DNA from: Candidatus Helarchaeota archaeon
Lineage (GTDB): Archaea; Asgardarchaeota; Lokiarchaeia; Helarchaeales; RDOG01
Reading direction: 5' to 3'
Length of the DNA: 17,763 nt
Assembly: GCA_029838215.1 (NCBI GenBank)
Contig: JALGVI010000069.1
Coordinates: 1 to 17,763 of the forward strand
Shown: positions 6,612 to 14,752 of the stretch, piece by piece
How the letters are laid out: every line of letters starts with the position of its first letter
Numbering within the stretch: position 1 is the stretch's first letter
Made by a program: the position numbers and the translations under genes
Notes under the pieces: generated by a model
Database searches by the model: none
Seen by the model: only the letters and a program-made list of their open reading frames with translations
What the model was told of the DNA's origin: nothing

Positions 6612-9218
6612 TTGAAAAGAAGGGCGAAGCTACTAATACTAATGCTTTCCGTAATGGGTTTTTCGTTCGCGGTCGGGTTGGCATTCCAATATATTGGTCC
6701 ATTTTTCATTAATACGCCTTCTGCAACGGGTTCTCCGCGTCTGGAATCAAGAGGCGTGCCCTACTGGGACGGTTCAAGTGGAATTTGGAATTTAACCTAT
6801 ATTCGTAATGAAACGGACCTAAATCCCGTTTTTATTGGAAGTCGCATTCATCCTTTTAATACGAGAATTTCTGGGGTGAATAGGACATATAATCTAAACA
6901 TCACGGTTTGGAATTATTCTGCAATGATATATCAAGGAGATATCTTGAACATCTCCTCTGCACTCATCTTTCCTGATAACTCATCTGGACAATTGAACAA
7001 GACAACGGGAATGATCTTATTTCACGGCATTTTCGGGAGCTATAATTCCAGCCTTGATTTGGCTTACGAACTTGCCGCCCGCAACATTACAGTTTTATGC
7101 ATTTCATTTCCCGGGCATGGAGAATCTGACGGTCCACCTCCCACTCCCGAAAACATATTTCCCCTTACTGATTTTTATGGAATGAGTCCTTCAGAGCTCA
7201 ATTATTCTCACCCCGTGCTAAAGAAAGTTCATTTTTATCTCTCCACCGTGGCGGGAATTCGCGGACTGGATTTTCTCTTGAGCAGAAAAGAGGTGAATAC
7301 ATCACGAATAATTGTCAGTGGAGGCAGTTATGGAGGAATTCATACATACTTCGTTTCAACGGTCGCACATGAGAATGTTTCGCTTGCCATTCCATTAGTT
7401 GCTGTTGGAGATCTCCGACAAAGCTATAACGATAACTCATTCACGCACATAATTGTTCCCAAAATGAATTTCAATGATCCTCACATTCTTTCTTTCATGC
7501 CGTACTTTGATCCATTCTACTACACGCAAAATGTTTCCGAAACGCCGCCGACGTGCGTGATCATAGGCGCTAATGATGAATATTTCACATTACATGCCAT
7601 AAATAATCATTTTCAAAACATGAAGTCACCTCTCAAGGCGATTTCACTTTCCCCTGCAGGCCATCACGGACCGTTAATGCACGATTACATGGGAACATAC
7701 ATGTATTTCATCGAACACGTATTGGATGGTGGTCCTGCACCTCCGCAGATTCAGGTTCGAGCGGCATCATTTATTTCATCCTTGAGCATTAGCGTGGAAG
7801 TCACTTGCACTTATCCCATTGATGCCGTCAAGATAGGATATCGTTATGCCTTGCCTGGGCATCCTTGGATAGAAGTGAACCTTCAAAAAGTCGGCAATTC
7901 TTACGTGTTTAACATTCCAAGTTATTTAATTTCATCCAGTATTGATTATTTCATAATGGTAGAACTCACGGGGTCTGAAAACGATTACGTCCTGTTTTCG
8001 ACTCAGGGTTATCAGGCTTTTCTTTTTTCGGGTTTTACTCCTTTCTTTTTCATCTTTCTCTTCTTTGGGCTTGCAATTCCCGGGATAATTTTAGCATGTC
8101 GAAGGCATGAGAAAATCAAAATAGCTGGGGCAGGTGAGAAAGTTGAGAAAAAGGTCTTGCGTCTCGAAATGGCAAAACTCGGTACCGGCTTGGGCACGCA
8201 AGTGGGAATCATCGCAGCATACTTATATTTACCGTTGATCATCATAAATCCGTTCTATCAAGATTATGAAATAAACCTCAACTATCTTCTAAATCAATTT
8301 CCCGGTCTGCTCATGTTGAATGGGAGCAATTTTATTGGATTGGAATCGGGGGATTATACGACTTTCATCATTCTCTTGTTAATGGGACTGATAATTTTAA
8401 TCGGCTTCCTCGTCGGTTATTTGTTAGTCATGATCAGTCCATTCGCCGGAGGCATTTTGAATATCGTCATTAATTTATTACTCCTGATACCCGGTCTCAT
8501 CCTACAATTTTCAATCTCATATGTTTTACCGATTTTCGGCATCACTCATGACATCACGTATCTACTGGGACTTGGAGTTTATGTTCCAACCATCCTGAGT
8601 ACAATTCAGCTTAGTTTAGGTTTGTACAATCGGAGATATTGGAAGAAGCTTAAAAAACAAGCAAGTGAAAGCAAGACAAAACCCGAACCGCTGGGTAAAT
8701 ATTCCATTTTCACGGTATTATTTACCAATGGAATTTTAATCATATCCTTGGTTATCGGTTTTATCGGACTATATCCGTTGAATATCTTCGGATTTCCTCA
8801 CGTTTCGATAATCTTCGTCGGACTCGTGATGTTCATGCACTTATATCTTCTGAGAAAAGTTCTTTGCACTAAATGCGTTTATCATGGTAAGAGATGTCAC
8901 ACGGGTTGGGGATTGATAGCAGGTAAGTTTTTCATGAAGGGAAATATCGAGGATTTTACCAAAAAATCAACGTGGGTTTTACCCATTGGTTTCTGGCTCG
9001 GTTATATCTCAGGTCCAATATTATTGATGTCATTGATCCTCTTGTTGGGGACTGTTTCTGAGACTTTTCTGGTTATTCTGGTTGCAGAAGGGTTCATTTT
9101 CGGCTTGTACTTGATCTTCTCTGTAAGCACTCTTTTTCTATCGATTCCATTGATGGGATGTCGTTTTTGCAAGGAACGTGACCGATGTTTGGCAACCAAA
9201 GTATTTCCTTTCAAGTAG
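6612..9218 (+). CDS. Membrane-anchored alpha/beta-hydrolase (esterase-like) fused to a multi-TM region and a C-terminal Cys-rich membrane domain
   Basis: N-terminal hydrophobic anchor, HG oxyanion motif (LFHG), nucleophile elbow SGGSYGG, candidate Asp (GANDEYF) and His (AGHHG). About 9-10 TM segments follow, with CTKCVYHGKRC and CRFCKERDRC. The start was moved from the track's 6582 to the in-frame TTG 6612, which follows GAGG. Confidence 0.8.
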   Translation: MKRRAKLLILMLSVMGFSFAVGLAFQYIGPFFINTPSATGSPRLESRGVPYWDGSSGIWNLTYIRNETDLNPVFIGSRIHPFNTRISGVNRTYNLNITVWNYSAMIYQGDILNISSALIFPDNSSGQLNKTTGMILFHGIFGSYNSSLDLAYELAARNITVLCISFPGHGESDGPPPTPENIFPLTDFYGMSPSELNYSHPVLKKVHFYLSTVAGIRGLDFLLSRKEVNTSRIIVSGGSYGGIHTYFVSTVAHENVSLAIPLVAVGDLRQSYNDNSFTHIIVPKMNFNDPHILSFMPYFDPFYYTQNVSETPPTCVIIGANDEYFTLHAINNHFQNMKSPLKAISLSPAGHHGPLMHDYMGTYMYFIEHVLDGGPAPPQIQVRAASFISSLSISVEVTCTYPIDAVKIGYRYALPGHPWIEVNLQKVGNSYVFNIPSYLISSSIDYFIMVELTGSENDYVLFSTQGYQAFLFSGFTPFFFIFLFFGLAIPGIILACRRHEKIKIAGAGEKVEKKVLRLEMAKLGTGLGTQVGIIAAYLYLPLIIINPFYQDYEINLNYLLNQFPGLLMLNGSNFIGLESGDYTTFIILLLMGLIILIGFLVGYLLVMISPFAGGILNIVINLLLLIPGLILQFSISYVLPIFGITHDITYLLGLGVYVPTILSTIQLSLGLYNRRYWKKLKKQASESKTKPEPLGKYSIFTVLFTNGILIISLVIGFIGLYPLNIFGFPHVSIIFVGLVMFMHLYLLRKVLCTKCVYHGKRCHTGWGLIAGKFFMKGNIEDFTKKSTWVLPIGFWLGYISGPILLMSLILLLGTVSETFLVILVAEGFIFGLYLIFSVSTLFLSIPLMGCRFCKERDRCLATKVFPFK

Positions 9219-9327
9219 ATTTTTCCATTATGACAAAATTTTGACTTATTGTTTTATATTCATAAAATAAGGAAAAGATGATATCATTCAATACTTTAGC
9301 CTGAATTACAAATAAAAGAGGATTAAA

Positions 9328-10470
9328 ATGACAAAAACGGCTCTCGTAACGGGTGCCCACGGACATACGGGCACCTACATGGTAAAATTATTGATTGAAA
9401 ACGGGTTTAAAGTTACGGCAACGGATTTGAAACCGCTTGATCGTGAAAAAATAATGACCAAGGAGAAAGTCTTTCGGTCTGATTTGAAATATCAGGTGGC
9501 AGACCATCCTGACGTTACTTTTGTACCCGCAAATCTAATCGATAAGGAATCCTTAAGTGCTCTTTGGTTCGATGACGTGCAATACGACGTGGTTTTCCAC
9601 CCCGCTTCATTATATGACTATTTTGCTCCGTTGCACATCCTAATGAAGATAAACGTAGAAGGAACTCGTAATCTACTGGAAGTTATCTGCGAAAAACAGC
9701 CGAAGAATCCACCTCGCTTCATCCATTGGAGCACGTGTGGAGTATATGGTGAACCTAAATATAAGTGGGAGAAGGATGAAAATGGCAAGAAAGTCAAAAT
9801 TCCTTCTGATGAAACTGCCCCCTACGACCCACCTAATTGGTATTCAACGTCAAAAATGTTCCAAGAATTAGTGGTCTATGATTTTTACAAGAACAAAAAA
9901 GTTCCGATGACAATCATAAGACCAATGCCGATTTCTGGTCCTGAACAGCTTTATGGTGCTTTTAACGTCTATTATGTCGTGATGAAAATGGACAAAATGG
10001 CGGTACCGTATTTCTTTCCGAAGAAGTATCAATTGGCAATGCCCATCGTGCATGTCCAAGATTTGGTACGTGCTGCATTATTCTGTTTTGAGCATGATGA
10101 AACTATTGGAGAAGCATACAATATTGGTTGCGATAATTGTACTCAAGGGGAGTTCATGGACTATTGTTGTTTCTTGGCGGGAGTAGATCCCGTTATCGTT
10201 CCGATGTGGGGAGTATTCTATAAACTGCTAAAGGTGATAATCTCCATTTCAATTGGTCGCATTGTAAAAAAAGCAGAAATGTGGGGCACGCGTGCTATCG
10301 TGGATGCTCCCATGATCGATTACATGACACACGATTATTTCTTCTCAAACCAAAAACTAAAAGATTTGGGATTTGAATACGTATTTCCAACGCCGTTCGA
10401 TGTTGCCCGCGATTCCATTCGTTGGTACATTGACCATGGTTGGTTTAATAAACTGGAGGTAAGCGAATGA
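9328..10470 (+). CDS. Extended SDR, NAD-dependent epimerase/dehydratase (3-beta-HSD-like)
   Basis: TGAHGHTG Rossmann motif, acidic residue in 'ATDL', 'NVEGTRNLL', 'STCGVYG', catalytic YSTSK, 'VHVQDLVRA' and 'FSNQKLKDLG'. RBS GAGG at 9318-9321. Confidence 0.9.
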   Translation: MTKTALVTGAHGHTGTYMVKLLIENGFKVTATDLKPLDREKIMTKEKVFRSDLKYQVADHPDVTFVPANLIDKESLSALWFDDVQYDVVFHPASLYDYFAPLHILMKINVEGTRNLLEVICEKQPKNPPRFIHWSTCGVYGEPKYKWEKDENGKKVKIPSDETAPYDPPNWYSTSKMFQELVVYDFYKNKKVPMTIIRPMPISGPEQLYGAFNVYYVVMKMDKMAVPYFFPKKYQLAMPIVHVQDLVRAALFCFEHDETIGEAYNIGCDNCTQGEFMDYCCFLAGVDPVIVPMWGVFYKLLKVIISISIGRIVKKAEMWGTRAIVDAPMIDYMTHDYFFSNQKLKDLGFEYVFPTPFDVARDSIRWYIDHGWFNKLEVSE

Positions 10471-11096
10471 GCATGATGTTATCTTTCTTGTTGTTATTTA
10501 TCTTGCCGATTTTAACAAAGCGCTACTGTCAAACTCTAAAAGATGTTGCTCATCCCCAAGTGTGGTCAAGCAAGGCTCACGGAAGATATATTTTTCTGAC
10601 GTTGCTTTCTTTCTTTAGTCTTTTAGTCTTGGACATTTTAACTATCTTGGGCGTGTTTGATCCCATTCTACTTTGGTGGAGTTCCGTGAATCCCTTCGTG
10701 AATTTACCGGCAGTCAATACGGGTCCCTATTATTATTTCAATTGTATTTTATTGGGATTCATCAACTTGTACGTTCCTATCAACTTGGCTCCCTTCTATT
10801 CCAGTCATTTTATGTGCTTGGTCATAATGGCAGGGTCATATAGTTCAATCTTTAGGAATGGTCAAGGTTGGTCGGCTGCTCTTTACGGACGACGTCCTCA
10901 TAGAGAAGGTGTCATGCTATTCCGTCATACCGTTCAAAAACCGGAGAACTACAAGGAAAAGGAAGCTGAGTGGAAGGCAAATGCTCCGAAAAGGGCTGCA
11001 AATCAACAAGAAGCAGATCGCCTGATAGAAGAAGGTCTAAAACTCGCGGAAAAACTCGGAATGAAAGAAAAAATTAAAGGATTTAAAAGGGATTAA
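10467..11096 (+). CDS. Hypothetical membrane protein (3-4 TM) with a charged C-terminal tail
   Basis: ATGA start/stop overlap with the SDR gene, preceded by GGAGG. Hydrophobic N-terminal two thirds. Confidence 0.75.
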   Translation: MSMMLSFLLLFILPILTKRYCQTLKDVAHPQVWSSKAHGRYIFLTLLSFFSLLVLDILTILGVFDPILLWWSSVNPFVNLPAVNTGPYYYFNCILLGFINLYVPINLAPFYSSHFMCLVIMAGSYSSIFRNGQGWSAALYGRRPHREGVMLFRHTVQKPENYKEKEAEWKANAPKRAANQQEADRLIEEGLKLAEKLGMKEKIKGFKRD

Positions 11097-11121
11097 CCCC
11101 CTCTTTTTTTTGGTGTGAAAC

Positions 11122-12438
11122 TTGTCTGATGTTGATGTGATAATCGTAGGTGGGGGCGTGGCAGGACTTTCTCTAGGTGCCCTGCTTGCGAATAAAGGAA
11201 AAAAGATCATGCTCATCGAAAAGAGCAATAAACTCGGTGGACGGGGTCAGGTTTGGGAAAAGGACGGTTATTTAGTGGACTTTGGATTGCATAGCTTCAG
11301 GCGTGGTAGAAAAGGCGAAGCCGCACGAATTGCAAGGGAACTTGGGCTGAAATTGAAATTTTGTCCTCCCGGACCCGTCAAATTTCTTGATGAAAATGGC
11401 TTTCACGCCTTTCCGAATGGCGTTATCGGTGCAATCAAGACAAAATTGCTCACGGCAAAAGAAAAGTTGAAGTTCGTGTATCAATTCTTCTTCAAGGATT
11501 TACGCAGGATGGATTTCGACTCGGAAGACGTTTATCGCAAGTCGGTCAAGGACTATCTGGATGAAATCAATGCAAGTGAAAACTTACAACGTTTATTTCG
11601 CATGGTTTCAATGTCAGCCATTATAAGTGAGGACCTCGAGCATACATCCATGGGTGAGTTATTCTCCGTTATAAAAGCCCTATTAAAAGCGCGACATAAC
11701 GTTGAATCTCTTAAAGGGAGTTGGAAGACACTCATAGATCTTCTCAAGGAAACGATTGAGAAAAATGGGGGTGAAATCGTATTGGGAAAGAAAGTAGATG
11801 CCATCATTATCAAAAATAAAAAAGCCGTGGGTGTCAAATGCGGGGAAGACGAATTCAAGGCAAGAATTATAACTTGTGCATTTCCAGCACAGCACTTGTT
11901 TAATATCCTTGATGAATCCTCGTGCCCACCCGAATTCGTTAGTAAATGCAAGAATTTAATCCCTACCGCAGGAATTACTTATGACTTCGGATTAAAAAAT
12001 AAGATTTCAGACATGAAAGGAGTCTTCTTGACGTTAGAACCATCTGGAATGGGTCATTTCACGTCAAATATCGATCCAACCGTCGCACCCGAAGGCAAGC
12101 AATTACTTGCTTATTTAGTCTTGGCTACTCCTGAAGAATTACAGGACAAGCAAAAGGCAAAGGAGCTTCAAGACCTCGGAAAAAGAAAGCTCTTCGAATA
12201 CTTTCCTGAATTGGAACAGAATATTGAATGGGAACGATCAATGATCCTTACGATACTTGATGGCGTGGAATTACGCATCGATCAGACAATATATGATCGT
12301 CCAAGTTTGGAAATCCCGGAACTTGATAACTTGTACTTGATTGGAGATACTACAAACATGTCTGCATGCACGTCAGGAGATATTGCATATGCATCAGCAT
12401 TAGAATGCTCGAAATTAATTGAGGAAAAACTTCAATAA
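11122..12438 (+). CDS. FAD-dependent oxidoreductase, phytoene desaturase/retinol saturase/amine oxidase-like superfamily
   Basis: N-terminal 'DVIIVGGGVAGLS.G..LA..G.K...IEK....GGR', 'YLVDFGLH', 'LKGSWKTLI..L...I...GG', and C-terminal 'NLYLIGD...GD..A.ASA'. TTG start after GGTG. Confidence 0.85.
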   Translation: MSDVDVIIVGGGVAGLSLGALLANKGKKIMLIEKSNKLGGRGQVWEKDGYLVDFGLHSFRRGRKGEAARIARELGLKLKFCPPGPVKFLDENGFHAFPNGVIGAIKTKLLTAKEKLKFVYQFFFKDLRRMDFDSEDVYRKSVKDYLDEINASENLQRLFRMVSMSAIISEDLEHTSMGELFSVIKALLKARHNVESLKGSWKTLIDLLKETIEKNGGEIVLGKKVDAIIIKNKKAVGVKCGEDEFKARIITCAFPAQHLFNILDESSCPPEFVSKCKNLIPTAGITYDFGLKNKISDMKGVFLTLEPSGMGHFTSNIDPTVAPEGKQLLAYLVLATPEELQDKQKAKELQDLGKRKLFEYFPELEQNIEWERSMILTILDGVELRIDQTIYDRPSLEIPELDNLYLIGDTTNMSACTSGDIAYASALECSKLIEEKLQ

Positions 12439-12579
12439 TTCTTTTTTTAGAGATGAATTAAATTCCAAAAGTCAGTTTTTATAAAGAGAAGTGATGAATA
12501 ATTGTCAAATGTGTTTCTAATGATGATCAAAAAAAGATCAAATTTTTCGAAAAAAAAAACAATCATTTTAAAGAAGTGA

Positions 12580-14691
12580 ATGAATATGGCAACAGATGGT
12601 AATCAATCCAAAATGGGTACGAATGCACGTGGATTCACTGGCAAGATATTATGGGTAAACCTGTCGGATAACACGATTACTGAAGAAAAGCCCTCTGAGG
12701 ATATTTACAGAAAATATCTAGGAGGATACGGGCTTGGAGTTTATTATATTTATAGTCGAATAAAACCGAATTGCGATCCATTAGGACCGGATAACATTCT
12801 TGGTTTTTGTCCGGGTTTATTTACGGGAACACCTGCCCCATATACTGGTCGTTACATGATCTGTGGAAAGAGTCCCTTAACAGGAAAAGGGAAAAAAATA
12901 ACAGGAGAACAATGTTCCGGTGGTTGGGGAGATGCTAATTCCGGGGGATATTTTGGTCCCGCCATAAAACAAGCAGGATATGACGCTATTTTCGTTCAAG
13001 GTGTTGCTGAAAAACCCGTGTATTTGCTTTTAGATGGAAAAGAAAACAAAATCTTAGATGCCTCAGACCTTTGGGGAAAAGATGCCGTTGAAGCAGACTT
13101 ACTCCTGCAAGAAAAACACGGTCGAGCCGCAAGAACCGCATTGATAGGTATGGGTGGCGAAAAACAAATACTTTTCTCGGGTGTTGTAAATGATAAAGGC
13201 AGGCTTGCAGCCCGTAGCGGTCTCGGAGCGGTAATGGGTAGCAAGAAACTCAAAGCCATTTGCATCGTGGGAAATGAACAAGTAAACCTAGCAAATAGAG
13301 AAAAAACTCTTGAACTGGCAAAAATGTATAATAAACAAATAAAAAAATACATGAATAACAAGCTTGTCGGAGCAGTTCTTCCCACGTTAAATAACATGTC
13401 GGGCGTTCTTCGAACATTTAGCATACCATTTAGTGCCGCGGGCATCATTCCCGCCATGGGGTTCAGTATTTTCTCTCAGTTCTTCCATAAATGGGGCACT
13501 CCGTATTTCACGGACATTTGTGCTGATATCGGCGATTCCCCGATCAAGAACTTCATGGGAACGTACAAGGATTTTCCCAAAAAACTCGTCAAGAAAATCA
13601 ATTACAAGCAATTCATGAAATATAAAAAGCGATCTTTCGGCTGTTTTGGTTGTCCCGTGAAATGCGGTGCAATCTTGGAAGTTCCAGAACTAGAAATAGA
13701 AGAGACTCATAGACCTGAATATGAAACGATCATGGCATTGGGTGGTCTTGCTCTTTGCAATGATTTAAAGGTTCTCATTGAGGCAAACGAATATCTCAAC
13801 AGGGCGGGTGTCGATACAATTTCTGCAGGAGTCGTCGTTGCATTCGCCATTGAGTGTGCGGAAAGAGGCATTCTCAAGAAAGAAGACTTCAAGTGCAAGG
13901 AATATCCCGATGGATTTTTACCCGAGTGGGGAAAAGCAGAATATACGTTACCGCTCTTGCGAATGATCGTGAATAGGGAAGGCATTGGGGACATCTTGGC
14001 AAAGGGTGCAAAAGAAGCTTCAAAAAAGATTGAAGGGTCTGAAGAATATGCAATCACAGCGAATGGACAGGAACTTCCATTACATGATGCGAGATTATTC
14101 ACCAACTTGGGTTTGACATTCACGGTAGATCCAACACCGGGTCGTCATACTGCGGGTTCCAACCAGTTCGCAAAGTTCGGTCCTGCTGAGAAATTCATTA
14201 AAGGCATGAAAATCAAGACGAGCAAGAATCCTCAAAAAATGGGTGCTTTAAACGAGACGGGTGCCAAATTCCAACAATGGTTTAACGCTCTCGGATTTTG
14301 TGAATTTTCAATGTGGTGCGGAAGATATCCCGTCCTAGAAATGATCGAAGCCGTGGTAGGATGGGAAATGACTCTCGATGAATTGACGGAGATAGGATGG
14401 AGAATACAGACACTCCGTCAAATGTTCAATGCAAGAGAAGGTGCAATTCGACATGAAATCGCACGCCGCGCAATCGGTGATCCTCCATTAGAAAAAGGTC
14501 CAAACAAAAAGGTTTCCATCGATGTCGAGACAATGGCTCAAGCCTACTACGAATCGATCGGTTTCGATGAAACAGGCGTTCCAAAAGAAGAAACTCTGAA
14601 AGAATTGGGCTTGGAGTTTTGCATCAAGGATTTAAAATCCGCAACGGGTCGTCCTGAACCATTCGTAAATCAGTATTTGGCTTCAAAATAA
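12580..14691 (+). CDS. aor: Aldehyde:ferredoxin oxidoreductase family tungsten/pterin enzyme
   Basis: 'KSPLTG...GWGDANSGG', 'AARSGLGAVMGSKKLKAI', [4Fe-4S] 'CFGCPVKCG' plus the late Cys in 'LGFCEF', 'PEYET', 'DTIS', 'LPLHDAR' and 'PTPGRH'. ATG 12586 is an alternative start. The subfamily (AOR/FOR/WOR) was not determined. Confidence 0.93.
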   Translation: MNMATDGNQSKMGTNARGFTGKILWVNLSDNTITEEKPSEDIYRKYLGGYGLGVYYIYSRIKPNCDPLGPDNILGFCPGLFTGTPAPYTGRYMICGKSPLTGKGKKITGEQCSGGWGDANSGGYFGPAIKQAGYDAIFVQGVAEKPVYLLLDGKENKILDASDLWGKDAVEADLLLQEKHGRAARTALIGMGGEKQILFSGVVNDKGRLAARSGLGAVMGSKKLKAICIVGNEQVNLANREKTLELAKMYNKQIKKYMNNKLVGAVLPTLNNMSGVLRTFSIPFSAAGIIPAMGFSIFSQFFHKWGTPYFTDICADIGDSPIKNFMGTYKDFPKKLVKKINYKQFMKYKKRSFGCFGCPVKCGAILEVPELEIEETHRPEYETIMALGGLALCNDLKVLIEANEYLNRAGVDTISAGVVVAFAIECAERGILKKEDFKCKEYPDGFLPEWGKAEYTLPLLRMIVNREGIGDILAKGAKEASKKIEGSEEYAITANGQELPLHDARLFTNLGLTFTVDPTPGRHTAGSNQFAKFGPAEKFIKGMKIKTSKNPQKMGALNETGAKFQQWFNALGFCEFSMWCGRYPVLEMIEAVVGWEMTLDELTEIGWRIQTLRQMFNAREGAIRHEIARRAIGDPPLEKGPNKKVSIDVETMAQAYYESIGFDETGVPKEETLKELGLEFCIKDLKSATGRPEPFVNQYLASK

Positions 14692-14752
14692 ATCTTTTTT
14701 TTAAAAACCTTCAATATTTTATTTTTTCAAATTTTTACTTGCTTAGGCTAAC

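Noticed and set aside
11122-12438. Calling this gene crtI within a carotenoid cluster
   Set aside because: Only superfamily-level FAD motifs are visible, and there is no phytoene synthase, cyclase or prenyltransferase in the window.
12525-12560. TTTTTCGAAAAA palindrome (12543-12554) and GATCAAA repeats upstream of aor
   Set aside because: They consist mostly of A/T homopolymer runs, as expected by chance in AT-rich intergenic DNA. I found no second copy to support an operator.
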